From: a bacterium
GTDB lineage: Bacteria; Patescibacteriota; Minisyncoccia; Phycocordibacterales; UBA5272
Reading direction: 5' to 3'
DNA length: 64,000 nucleotides
Assembly: GCA_027482685.1 (NCBI GenBank)
Contig: JAIXVU010000003.1
Span: 38,065 to 102,064 of the forward strand
Positions 8,016-15,946 of this stretch are shown in pieces. The position numbers and the translations under genes are program-made. Numbering within the stretch: the stretch's first letter is position 1; the number at the start of each line of letters is the position of its first letter. The notes under the pieces are model-generated. The model ran no database searches, was not told where the DNA came from, and saw only the letters and a program-made list of their open reading frames with translations.

Positions 8016-9530
8016 ATGAGCCCTATTCTTCTTGTAGAAGGAGTTATCGTTTTTGCTGTAGGTATTATAGGCGGATACATTACCCGCCAGTACGTTGCTG
8101 CATCACGTCGTCGAGGTATAGAAGTAGAGATAGAAGAAAAGCTTTTAGTTGCAAGACGTGAGGCTAATAAATTAGAAGAAGAAGCGCTTGCAAAAGTTAC
8201 CACTCTTCGTGACGAGCTTAAGAAGCAAGAAGATCGCATTCAAAAGCAAGAAGAACGCTTAGACATACGAGAGAGCGAACTTGCTAAACGTGCAACAGAA
8301 CTTGCCGAAGAGCAATCTAAAATCCGTACCTCTCTTCAAACTCTTGAACAAAAAGAACACAATATTTCCGCTCGTGAAAAAAGTGTTACTAAAGAATTAG
8401 AACAAGTAGCTAGGCTAACGGGTGATGAGGCACGTGAGATTTTACTCCGCAAAATAACGCGTGAACATGAAGAAGATTTCACTTCGCGCGCTCTCAAGCT
8501 CGCACGTGATGGTGAAGTAAAACTCGAAGAGAAAGCGCGAGATATTTTAGTGAGCAGTATTTATCGTATTGCAAATGGTCCAATTGCGCAGTTTATGACT
8601 TCCACTGTGCTTATTGATGACGAAGAGATAAAAGGAAAAGTTATAGGTAAAGAAGGTCGTAATATCAAGACCTTTGAGCGTATGTCAGGTGTTGAAGTTC
8701 TTATCGATGAAGTTCCTAACGGTATTGTGCTTTCATGTTTTGACCCTGTGAGACGTGCAATTGCAAAGAATGCACTTGAGATGCTAATCAAAGACGGCCG
8801 TATCCAACCAGTAAAGATTGAAGAGTATCTCGAGAAAGCCAAGAAAGATATCGGACTCTTTATGAAAAAGAAAGGCGAAGAAGCAGTCCTTGCATGTGGA
8901 TTACTTTCTATACCAGAGGAGCTTATTCCAATAATCGGACGACTATACTTTCGTACGAGTTACGGGCAGAATGTTCTAGATCATTCTATTGAGATGGCGC
9001 ATATTGCAGGAGTACTCGCACAAGAGCTTGGAGCGGACGTGCATGTTGCAAAGGCAGGAGCGCTATTACATGATATTGGTAAGGCGGTTGACCATGAGAT
9101 ACAAGGAACGCATGTTGAGATAGGACGGAAGATTCTCATGAAGTATGGCGTGGATGAGCGTGTGATACTTGCGATGCAAGCACATCATGAGGAATATCCG
9201 TATGAAACAATCGAATCTATATTAGTCCAAGTAGCAGATGCGATAAGCGGTGGAAGGCCGGGAGCGCGCAGAGATACAGTAGACAGGTATATTAAGCGTC
9301 TTGAGGACCTAGAAGCCCTTGCGATGTCATTTGCGGGCATTGAGCGTGTGTATGCACTACAAGCAGGCCGTGAGATACGCGTGTTCGTCTCCCCTCTACT
9401 TGTGAATGATATTGAAGCACGTAATCTGGCACGAACTATTGCCCTTCGTGTTGAGCAGGAGTTGCGTTTCCCTGGGGAAATTAAAATCCATGTGATTCGC
9501 GAAAGTCGCGTCATCGAATTTGCCCGCTAG
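8016..9530 (+). CDS. rny: ribonuclease Y
   Basis: N-terminal TM helix, coiled-coil, KH domain (KGKVIGKEGRNIK), HD domain (LLHDIGKAVDHE). Confidence 0.9.
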   Translation: MSPILLVEGVIVFAVGIIGGYITRQYVAASRRRGIEVEIEEKLLVARREANKLEEEALAKVTTLRDELKKQEDRIQKQEERLDIRESELAKRATELAEEQSKIRTSLQTLEQKEHNISAREKSVTKELEQVARLTGDEAREILLRKITREHEEDFTSRALKLARDGEVKLEEKARDILVSSIYRIANGPIAQFMTSTVLIDDEEIKGKVIGKEGRNIKTFERMSGVEVLIDEVPNGIVLSCFDPVRRAIAKNALEMLIKDGRIQPVKIEEYLEKAKKDIGLFMKKKGEEAVLACGLLSIPEELIPIIGRLYFRTSYGQNVLDHSIEMAHIAGVLAQELGADVHVAKAGALLHDIGKAVDHEIQGTHVEIGRKILMKYGVDERVILAMQAHHEEYPYETIESILVQVADAISGGRPGARRDTVDRYIKRLEDLEALAMSFAGIERVYALQAGREIRVFVSPLLVNDIEARNLARTIALRVEQELRFPGEIKIHVIRESRVIEFAR

Positions 9531-9685
9531 TAAAATATTACCCCATCTACTGCGTTACAGAAAATTTTTCTCCATGCGTCGTACTATAATGTACGCCTTA
9601 GTCGCAAAAATTTCCTGTGCCTTGTACCTGGGGTAATATTTTACTAGCGAAGTTTGGTGAGAAAAGCGAAATATATTAAATATAA

Positions 9686-9710
9686 AGAGCGGCGCCGTAG
9701 GCGCCGCTCT
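9686..9710. terminator. terminator hairpin AGAGCGGCGCC-GTAGG-CGCCGCTCT
   Basis: perfect palindrome with CCGTAGG loop, flanked by A/T runs. Confidence 0.65.
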
Positions 9711-9789
9711 TTATATTCCATGTATCAAATTTATAAAACAAAAAACCCGCCAGACTGCGCGGGTTTTCGTGCGGTCGGCGGGCAGATTA

Positions 9790-10029
9790 CTATTTCTGCA
9801 TCTGGGGAGTGGAGTAGGTTCCATCCCCAAGGTTTCTTCGAATGAAGATACGCCCTCCTTGGCCATAGACTAAATCCATCTTCCCATCTCCGTCGACATC
9901 CGTAGCTGACATTGCAGTAATATCCATGATAAATGTGCCGTTCTGGATTACTTCTTGGGTTATTTCTCGACGGCCACAAGCGGACAGCATGACGAGAACC
10001 ACCAAACCAGTGATCAGACGTTTGTTCAT
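9790..10029 (-). CDS. small lipoprotein with FG-GAP/VCBS-like repeat
   Basis: signal peptide + lipobox LSAC; DVDGDGKMDLV calcium-binding-like repeat; GC-rich; terminator hairpin AACCCGC..GCGGGTT downstream at 9744-9766. Confidence 0.5.
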   Translation of the reverse strand: MNKRLITGLVVLVMLSACGRREITQEVIQNGTFIMDITAMSATDVDGDGKMDLVYGQGGRIFIRRNLGDGTYSTPQMQK

Positions 10030-10282
10030 TTACGTTCTCCGAAGTTGGGGAGTGAGAGTTAATTAAAAATCCTATTGTATAATACACTTTTTTATATAAA
10101 ATGTCAAGGGGTATATTTTTTGACACATACCCTATTCCATTGTTGTCTGACTTGCACAAAAACCCATGCAGTATATACTTAATTACATCCTACCGTTTGC
10201 AGGTATGCATACGAGGAAATTAATAAATTTATTTTTGATGTCGTTATCCTAGGAAAATACGACATCACAAACATTCAACTCT

Positions 10283-10555
10283 ATGAATAAAGCAGCTCTC
10301 GTTGAAGCCGTACATCAAGTACTTGGTTCAACAAAGGTTCAGGCCGAAGAAGTGGTAGAAACAGTTTTTGGTTCAATTATCAAAACACTCTCAAAAGGAG
10401 ATGAAGTAGCTATCGCAGGACTCGGTAAGTTCACAGTAAAGCTTCGTAAGGCTCGTGAAGCTCGTAACCCAAAGACAGGTGAAACTGTTAAGGTTCCAGC
10501 AACTAAGGTTCCGAAGTTCTCTGCTGCAAAGGCACTCAAGGACGCAGTTAAGTAA
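10283..10555 (+). CDS. hup: DNA-binding protein HU
   Basis: MNKAALVEAV...GLGKFTVKLRKAREARNPKTGETVKVPA typical HU/IHF fold sequence; terminator hairpin at 10604-10626. Confidence 0.9.
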   Translation: MNKAALVEAVHQVLGSTKVQAEEVVETVFGSIIKTLSKGDEVAIAGLGKFTVKLRKAREARNPKTGETVKVPATKVPKFSAAKALKDAVK

Positions 10556-10994
10556 TTACGTGTCCTAGTTATATGAATATATAGCTAGTTATACAAACAA
10601 AAAACAGTACCTGTTAGGTACTGTTTTTTGTTTAGGTAGTTTATTCAATAACAATAGCACCAACATCTACTTTATTTTTTCTAAGCTCATTATCAAGAGC
10701 ATGTAGCTCTCTTTTAAGTATCTAATTTTTTCTCGCAACTTTTCAATAGTATTAAAAGTATGAGTACCAACCCCCTCTTTGTATTCATATTCCACGTTAC
10801 TAAGTTCTTAAAATCTTATTCGACTAAGCTTCTCCTTTGCAAGGTACGCTCGTGTGAGGGTATGTACTGTTTCAGGCGTGGTTTCTCCTACAAGACTTAG
10901 TCAGTGTGCGTAGGTGTGGTCGTCCCACCTCCCTTCCCTTTTGATAACTCCATCGCTAGGGTTTGGGTTAAATGGTGACATGGTAGTTTACTGG

Positions 10995-11660
10995 CTAGGC
11001 TGCTTGTCTTTGTTCCTCCATCGAAGAATCATTTGCTGCGGATGTTATCGACTTAATATGACTTTGGTAGCCATCAATAACCTTTTGGAGGCAGGATATC
11101 TTTTCCTCTTTTATACGAAGATTATTCTGTAATTCCGTATCATTGTTAATATTACGATGCTGTTTCAATGTCTGTATACCAGATAGTAAACTATTTTTAT
11201 GAGTGTATAGCCTTTCCAGACTTTCTTCTGATCCGTTTTCTGCTTCTTTTCCAAGTTTTTCATAAATAGTACGAGCACCATCAATGTCTATACTATCGGA
11301 GATTGTATCTAGATCTTCAAGTTGTTCACTAGCGGTTTCCCATTCACTCGTATCAACTCCCTCTAGCTCCAATCCTTCTTGTATTCTCTTAAAGTGCTCA
11401 GTCTTAACCTTCCCAAGTAAGGTCTTTAGACTATATACGCTGTCAGGTTTAGTAACTTCCAGCTTATCAATAAGCATAGGCAGTGCTTCTTCTAAAAATT
11501 CAAGATAGTCTGTTTCTGTGTTTGCTGTATCTACAGATAGTAAAGCGTTAGCAACTCGTTCTGCTTCCGGGCCGAGCATCCTTTTAACAGTTTCGAGTGT
11601 AAGATTTTTTGGCTCAATACTTGTAGGTTGTGGTGCTGATGATGGATTAAATGGTGGCAT
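10995..11660 (-). CDS. hypothetical acidic protein
   Basis: ORF only; probable start MPPFNPSS; a decayed partial paralog lies immediately downstream (10640-10990, minus strand). Confidence 0.45.
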   Translation of the reverse strand: MPPFNPSSAPQPTSIEPKNLTLETVKRMLGPEAERVANALLSVDTANTETDYLEFLEEALPMLIDKLEVTKPDSVYSLKTLLGKVKTEHFKRIQEGLELEGVDTSEWETASEQLEDLDTISDSIDIDGARTIYEKLGKEAENGSEESLERLYTHKNSLLSGIQTLKQHRNINNDTELQNNLRIKEEKISCLQKVIDGYQSHIKSITSAANDSSMEEQRQAA

Positions 11661-12208
11661 ATGATAAAAGTATATCATGCTCTCGTTTTAATCTTGAAAA
11701 GATAATTAACATTCACCCCTTTCCTTAAAACACTCTAGGAAATCTATCTGTGCGGCGTAAGAGAATCGGTCATTGCTTTGGTATTTTGTTTCATAACTTC
11801 GTTATTCACAAAACCCTCAAAGTTTTGACCTAATGAAAAATTGACAAAAATGAGCGGTAAAAACACTGCACCCAGTTTTTACAGCTCATTTCCGTAGACC
11901 AATTTTTCGTTCGATTCTCACACAATAATACTTGGGCATTATTGTTTTACTTCTTCAAATATAATAAAACCTGGCAAGAAGCCAGCTTTTGTTGTATCTG
12001 TGCGGCGTAAGAGACGCTTCGCTATCTCACTCGTCACTTCGTTCCTCTTTAGAAACTAACGGTTTCTAACATCCGTGCTTACACTCATTGTTTTCCTCCA
12101 CGGGAAGCTACCGTTTCCCAACCACTTTCCTGTTCGATTCTCTTACGCTGCATGAGTCAATCAAATTAAAAAAACTCTGAGAAATTTTCAGAGTTTTTTT
12201 AATTTTAG

Positions 12209-12279
12209 TGCGGCGTAAGAGAATCGAACTCTTGTCTCCTGCTTGGAAGGCAGGCATTCTACCACTAAACCAACACCGC
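12209..12279 (-). tRNA. tRNA-Gly (anticodon TCC)
   Basis: cloverleaf: acceptor GCGGTGT/ACGCCGC, anticodon loop CTTCCAA, T-arm GAGTTCGATTCTC; reverse complement of window. Confidence 0.8.
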
Positions 12280-12437
12280 TTGTAAAGACTATACTACTAT
12301 ATTTTGAAAATAATTTCTAGTATAAATGAAGTGATGAGGATTATAACCGACCAAGTTTATAATTTATGGCATGAAACAAATAATTCAAGTATTGGTATTA
12401 GTGCTATTAATAATGATTTTTAAGTAAATACAAAATG

Positions 12438-12627
12438 TGCAGGGAATTTCTCCCACAAATCTTCTTTCGCCGCCGCTCAAAAAGTTCGCGGGCCGCTCCT
12501 CGTCCTCTCGCGTGCTCGCTCGGTAGTACTGCGGACTTTCGAATCCCTACGCACATGAAGCAGTTCATGTGCTGCAGTCCGACAAATACTGAAAAAGGCA
12601 ATCAAGGATTGCCTTTTTCAGTATTTG
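12438..12627. repeat. tRNA-associated ~170-190 bp non-coding element, copy A (adjacent to tRNA-Pro 3' end)
   Basis: shares ~75% identity over ~130 bp with copy B (13975-14161): ...AATTTCTCCYACAAATCTT...AAAAGTTCGCRGGCCGCTCCTC...GGACTTTCGAATCC...CGCACATGAAGCAGYTCATGTGCT; begins with direct copy of tRNA 3' end and ends in hairpin containing inverted copy of acceptor stem. Confidence 0.6.
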
Positions 12628-12700
12628 TCGGAGTGCAGGGATTCGAACCCTGAGTCTTTGGTACCCAAAACCAAAATGTTAGCCGTTACACCACACTCCG
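12628..12700 (-). tRNA. tRNA-Pro (anticodon TGG)
   Basis: acceptor CGGAGTG/CACTCCG, anticodon loop TTTGGGT, T-arm GGGTTCGAATCCC. Confidence 0.8.
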
Positions 12701-12817
12701 TAATTGTTAACACACTTTAAAGCATCGTAGTTCTTACAGCAGTTACTTTGCTTTAAATGTTACCTCATACTATCATGTTTTTAAAAAAATGCATGTATGT
12801 AAAAGCAACAGACTCCC

Positions 12818-13207
12818 CTACTCCATATGAATATTAGGAATTATCTTTACCCTCCCCTCTTCCCTCTCTGTATCTAGGTATACACAAGCTAGATCGATTT
12901 GGAACTTTCCGTTAGCATATTTTTTATGATGATTAAGATATGTTTCAACACTTATTACAATTTTTCTCCATTTATCGCTAGTTAGATTATCCTCTGGTCG
13001 TATCGTAAGACTATCTAAACCATCAAATCCTCTAACTTTTATAGTTTTAACTTCAACAAATCGTATGATTGTGTCTTTTTCGGCAATAATGTCTAGTTCT
13101 CCGTACTTTGTAGCGTAATTTGTATCAATAATGGAAAAACCCTGTTTCATAAGAAACGTTCTAGCTAATTTCTCACCTATTTTACCGATCTCGTTATGTT
13201 CTGCCAT
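12818..13207 (-). CDS. yraN: YraN/UPF0102 family endonuclease (PD-(D/E)xK fold)
   Basis: GEKLARTFLMKQGFSIIDTNYATKYGELDIIAEKDTIIRFVEVKT matches YraN family core. Confidence 0.75.
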   Translation of the reverse strand: MAEHNEIGKIGEKLARTFLMKQGFSIIDTNYATKYGELDIIAEKDTIIRFVEVKTIKVRGFDGLDSLTIRPEDNLTSDKWRKIVISVETYLNHHKKYANGKFQIDLACVYLDTEREEGRVKIIPNIHME

Positions 13208-13627
13208 AATTATACACTATTTTTATAACGTTTCACGTGAAACGAATGTCCTATTGTCTTTTCTGTGTCTATAAGCGAATCCCCATAATAGCCTTATAGA
13301 ATAGCTGTTTTTAGTTAATATAGGAAATAACGGACTAAAATAATTGACTTTTGGAGTGTCTCTTATACCCACTACCCACAGGGTTATCCCCATTTCTGTC
13401 TATTAAGACTTTTACCACAATCTGCATCTGTAATATTGATAAAAGGAACCAAGAGGATCATGTCTATGAACAGTGTAGCCCTATTACTTCTCAATGTAAA
13501 ATCGTTGTGTTAGAATAGGGGACAATGCGGTGTTGGTTTAGTGGCCTTAGCCCGACCAATAGTCGTCAGGCGTACACGTTTGTATATATATTAGGACCAT
13601 ACATATTAACGTTACTCTATAATAATT

Positions 13628-13698
13628 TGCGGTGTTGGTTTAGTGGTAGAACACGTCCTTGCCAAGGATGAGACAGGAGTTCGATTCTCCTACGCCGC
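13628..13698 (+). tRNA. tRNA-Gly (anticodon GCC)
   Basis: GCGGTGTTGGTTTAGTGGTAGAACACGTCCTTGCCAAGGATGAGACAGGAGTTCGATTCTCCTACGCCGCA cloverleaf. Confidence 0.85.
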
Positions 13699-13974
13699 AC
13701 TAAAGTAAACCAAATTGATTGAGATAGCGAAGCGTCTCCCTGGCCTCACTACTCGTTTCTTGTGAAACAGGGGGTTCTGCCAGGATATTTGGTCACCAAA
13801 CATATGTTTTTATTTCATGAATACATTACATAAAAACATTGTTTCGCGACCCCGGGAAAAGCCGACAAGCACTCGCTCTGCTCGTCTTATATACCGGTTT
13901 TTCGTTCGAATCCTGACGAAAGTAGCTTTTGCTACTTTCTGCGGAATCACAAAAACTCCTCATTTTATTCGTCG

Positions 13975-14161
13975 TTTTTGTGCGTCCGCCAGGAATTTCT
14001 CCTACAAATCTTTTCTAGCCGTCGCTCGAAAAGTTCGCAGGCCGCTCCTCATTGTTTTGCTTGCTAGCAAAACATATTCCGGACTTTCGAATCCTGGCCG
14101 CACATGAAGCAGCTCATGTGCTCGGAAGCACAAAAATAAGCTCGTTTCACTTGTTATTTTG
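13975..14161. repeat. tRNA-associated non-coding element, copy B (adjacent to tRNA-Arg 3' end); a more degenerate third copy lies at ~13850-13975
   Basis: see copy A; flanked by 22-bp direct repeat TTTTGTGCKTCCGCCAGGA(A)TT that includes the tRNA-Arg 3' end. Confidence 0.6.
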
Positions 14162-14233
14162 TGCTTCCGCCAGGATTCGAACCTGGAACAACGGTTTCGA
14201 AGACCGGTATGATATCCATTTCACTACGGAAGC
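14162..14233 (-). tRNA. tRNA-Arg (anticodon TCG)
   Basis: acceptor GCTTCCG/CGGAAGC, anticodon loop CTTCGAA, T-arm CCAGGTTCGAATCCTGG. Confidence 0.7.
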
Positions 14234-14283
14234 ATTAGTTAATAGGGGATTCGCCCTACAATAGAGTTATACTATCATAAGAT

Positions 14284-15789
14284 ATGACAGAAATATATAC
14301 ACCAAAAGAAATAACAATACCAAAAGAAGTAATGATGGTCATTGCTGTGCTTCAAAATGCCAAATTCGAGGCGTTTCTTGTTGGTGGTTGTGTGCGTGAT
14401 ATCTTTATGAATGTTAAGCCAAAAGATTATGATATAACGACGAACGCCACCCCAGAAGAAATAATCGCTTTATTTCCAAAGACTTTTTATGAAAATAGCT
14501 ATGGCACTGTTGGCGTGGTGACATGTGGTGAAGATTTGGGAACTGTGTGTAGCGATGAAACAGTCAAAATAGTAGAGGTTACGCCATATCGTCTAGAAAG
14601 TATGTATTCTGATAATCGTCACCCAGATATAGTTTCATGGAGTACAAAGATAGAGGATGACCTTAAACGTCGAGATCTTACAGTAAATGCTATTGCGTAT
14701 AACCCGGTTACAGGCGAGGTGGTAGATCCGTTTCATGGGAAACAAGATATTACTGAAAAGATTATACGTGCAGTTGGGGATCCTAACATCCGTTTTGGTG
14801 AGGATGCGTTACGTCTTATGCGTGCAGTGCGACTTATGTCACAACTTGATTTTGATATTGATCCCGTTACACGTGAAAGTATTCGTAAAAACGCAGATTT
14901 ACTCAATAATGTTTCACGTGAAAGGATTCGGGAAGAGTTTATTAAGATTATAATGACAAAGTATCCAATGCGGGGGCTGGTTGTGATGAAAGAGCTTGGG
15001 TTATTGGACTCAGTTATTCCAGAACTTGAAAGGGGGATAGGGGTTATGCAGAATCAGGCACACAGATATGATGTTTGGGAACATAATTTACGAACATTAC
15101 AACATGCAGCTGATAAGGATTGGCCGTTACACGTTAGACTTTCTGCTATTTTCCATGATATTTCAAAGCCAGAAACAAGACGCTTTTCACGTGAAAAGGG
15201 GGATTATACGTTTTATGGACATGATGTTGTTGGTGGACGTGTTACACGTGAAATCATGACGCGGTTAAAGTTCCCTAAAGAGTTAATAGAAAAAGTCTCA
15301 ATGTTCGTGCGGTGGCATATGTTCTTTTCTGATACTGAACAGATTACATTATCTGCGGTGAGGCGATTAATAACCAACGTCGGTAAAGATAATATATGGG
15401 ATCTTATTGATTTACGTATCTGCGATCGTATAGGCACAGGGCGACCGAAAGAAGAACCTTATAGATTAAGGATGTATCAGTCGATGGTGGAACAGGCACT
15501 TAAAGACCCGATATCACTTAAAATGCTCAAAACTGATGGGAAACGGATCATGGACGTTACACAAGAAACGCCTGGACCAAAGATTGGGTATGTTTTGCAC
15601 GCGTTATTCGATGAAGTGCTTGAAAATCCTGAAAAAAATACTGTGGAATACCTTGATGAGCGTGCGGTGTTTCTCATGAAACTCTCAATTGACGAACTAC
15701 AAGCTCTCGGAGAAGCTGGAAAAGAGGAAATGGAGACAAAAAATGAAGAGCAGGTGAAGGATATCCGTAAACAGTTCAAGGTAAAATAG
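14284..15789 (+). CDS. cca: CCA-adding tRNA nucleotidyltransferase with HD domain
   Basis: AFLVGGCVRDIFMNVKPKDYDITT polymerase-beta head; HD domain (IFHDISKPE...GHDVVGG). Confidence 0.85.
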   Translation: MTEIYTPKEITIPKEVMMVIAVLQNAKFEAFLVGGCVRDIFMNVKPKDYDITTNATPEEIIALFPKTFYENSYGTVGVVTCGEDLGTVCSDETVKIVEVTPYRLESMYSDNRHPDIVSWSTKIEDDLKRRDLTVNAIAYNPVTGEVVDPFHGKQDITEKIIRAVGDPNIRFGEDALRLMRAVRLMSQLDFDIDPVTRESIRKNADLLNNVSRERIREEFIKIIMTKYPMRGLVVMKELGLLDSVIPELERGIGVMQNQAHRYDVWEHNLRTLQHAADKDWPLHVRLSAIFHDISKPETRRFSREKGDYTFYGHDVVGGRVTREIMTRLKFPKELIEKVSMFVRWHMFFSDTEQITLSAVRRLITNVGKDNIWDLIDLRICDRIGTGRPKEEPYRLRMYQSMVEQALKDPISLKMLKTDGKRIMDVTQETPGPKIGYVLHALFDEVLENPEKNTVEYLDERAVFLMKLSIDELQALGEAGKEEMETKNEEQVKDIRKQFKVK

Positions 15790-15946
15790 TAGTACTGAGA
15801 AATAAGGCTTTTATACAATGTCCTTTATAAAAGACATTGTAAAATATAGAATTTCACTTTTGTCCTTTATGAAGGACAAAAGTGAATAACCGTGTGAATT
15901 AGGTGTACACCTTTTTTCGCGCGCTCCGCTGTATACTGTAGACCTT

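Noticed and set aside
14052-14264. 70-aa ORF overlapping tRNA-Arg, and 96-aa ORF 13817-14107 / ORFs 12407-12653 in the tRNA repeat region
   Set aside because: They overlap tRNA genes and the conserved non-coding repeat element. The translations are low-complexity with no start context.
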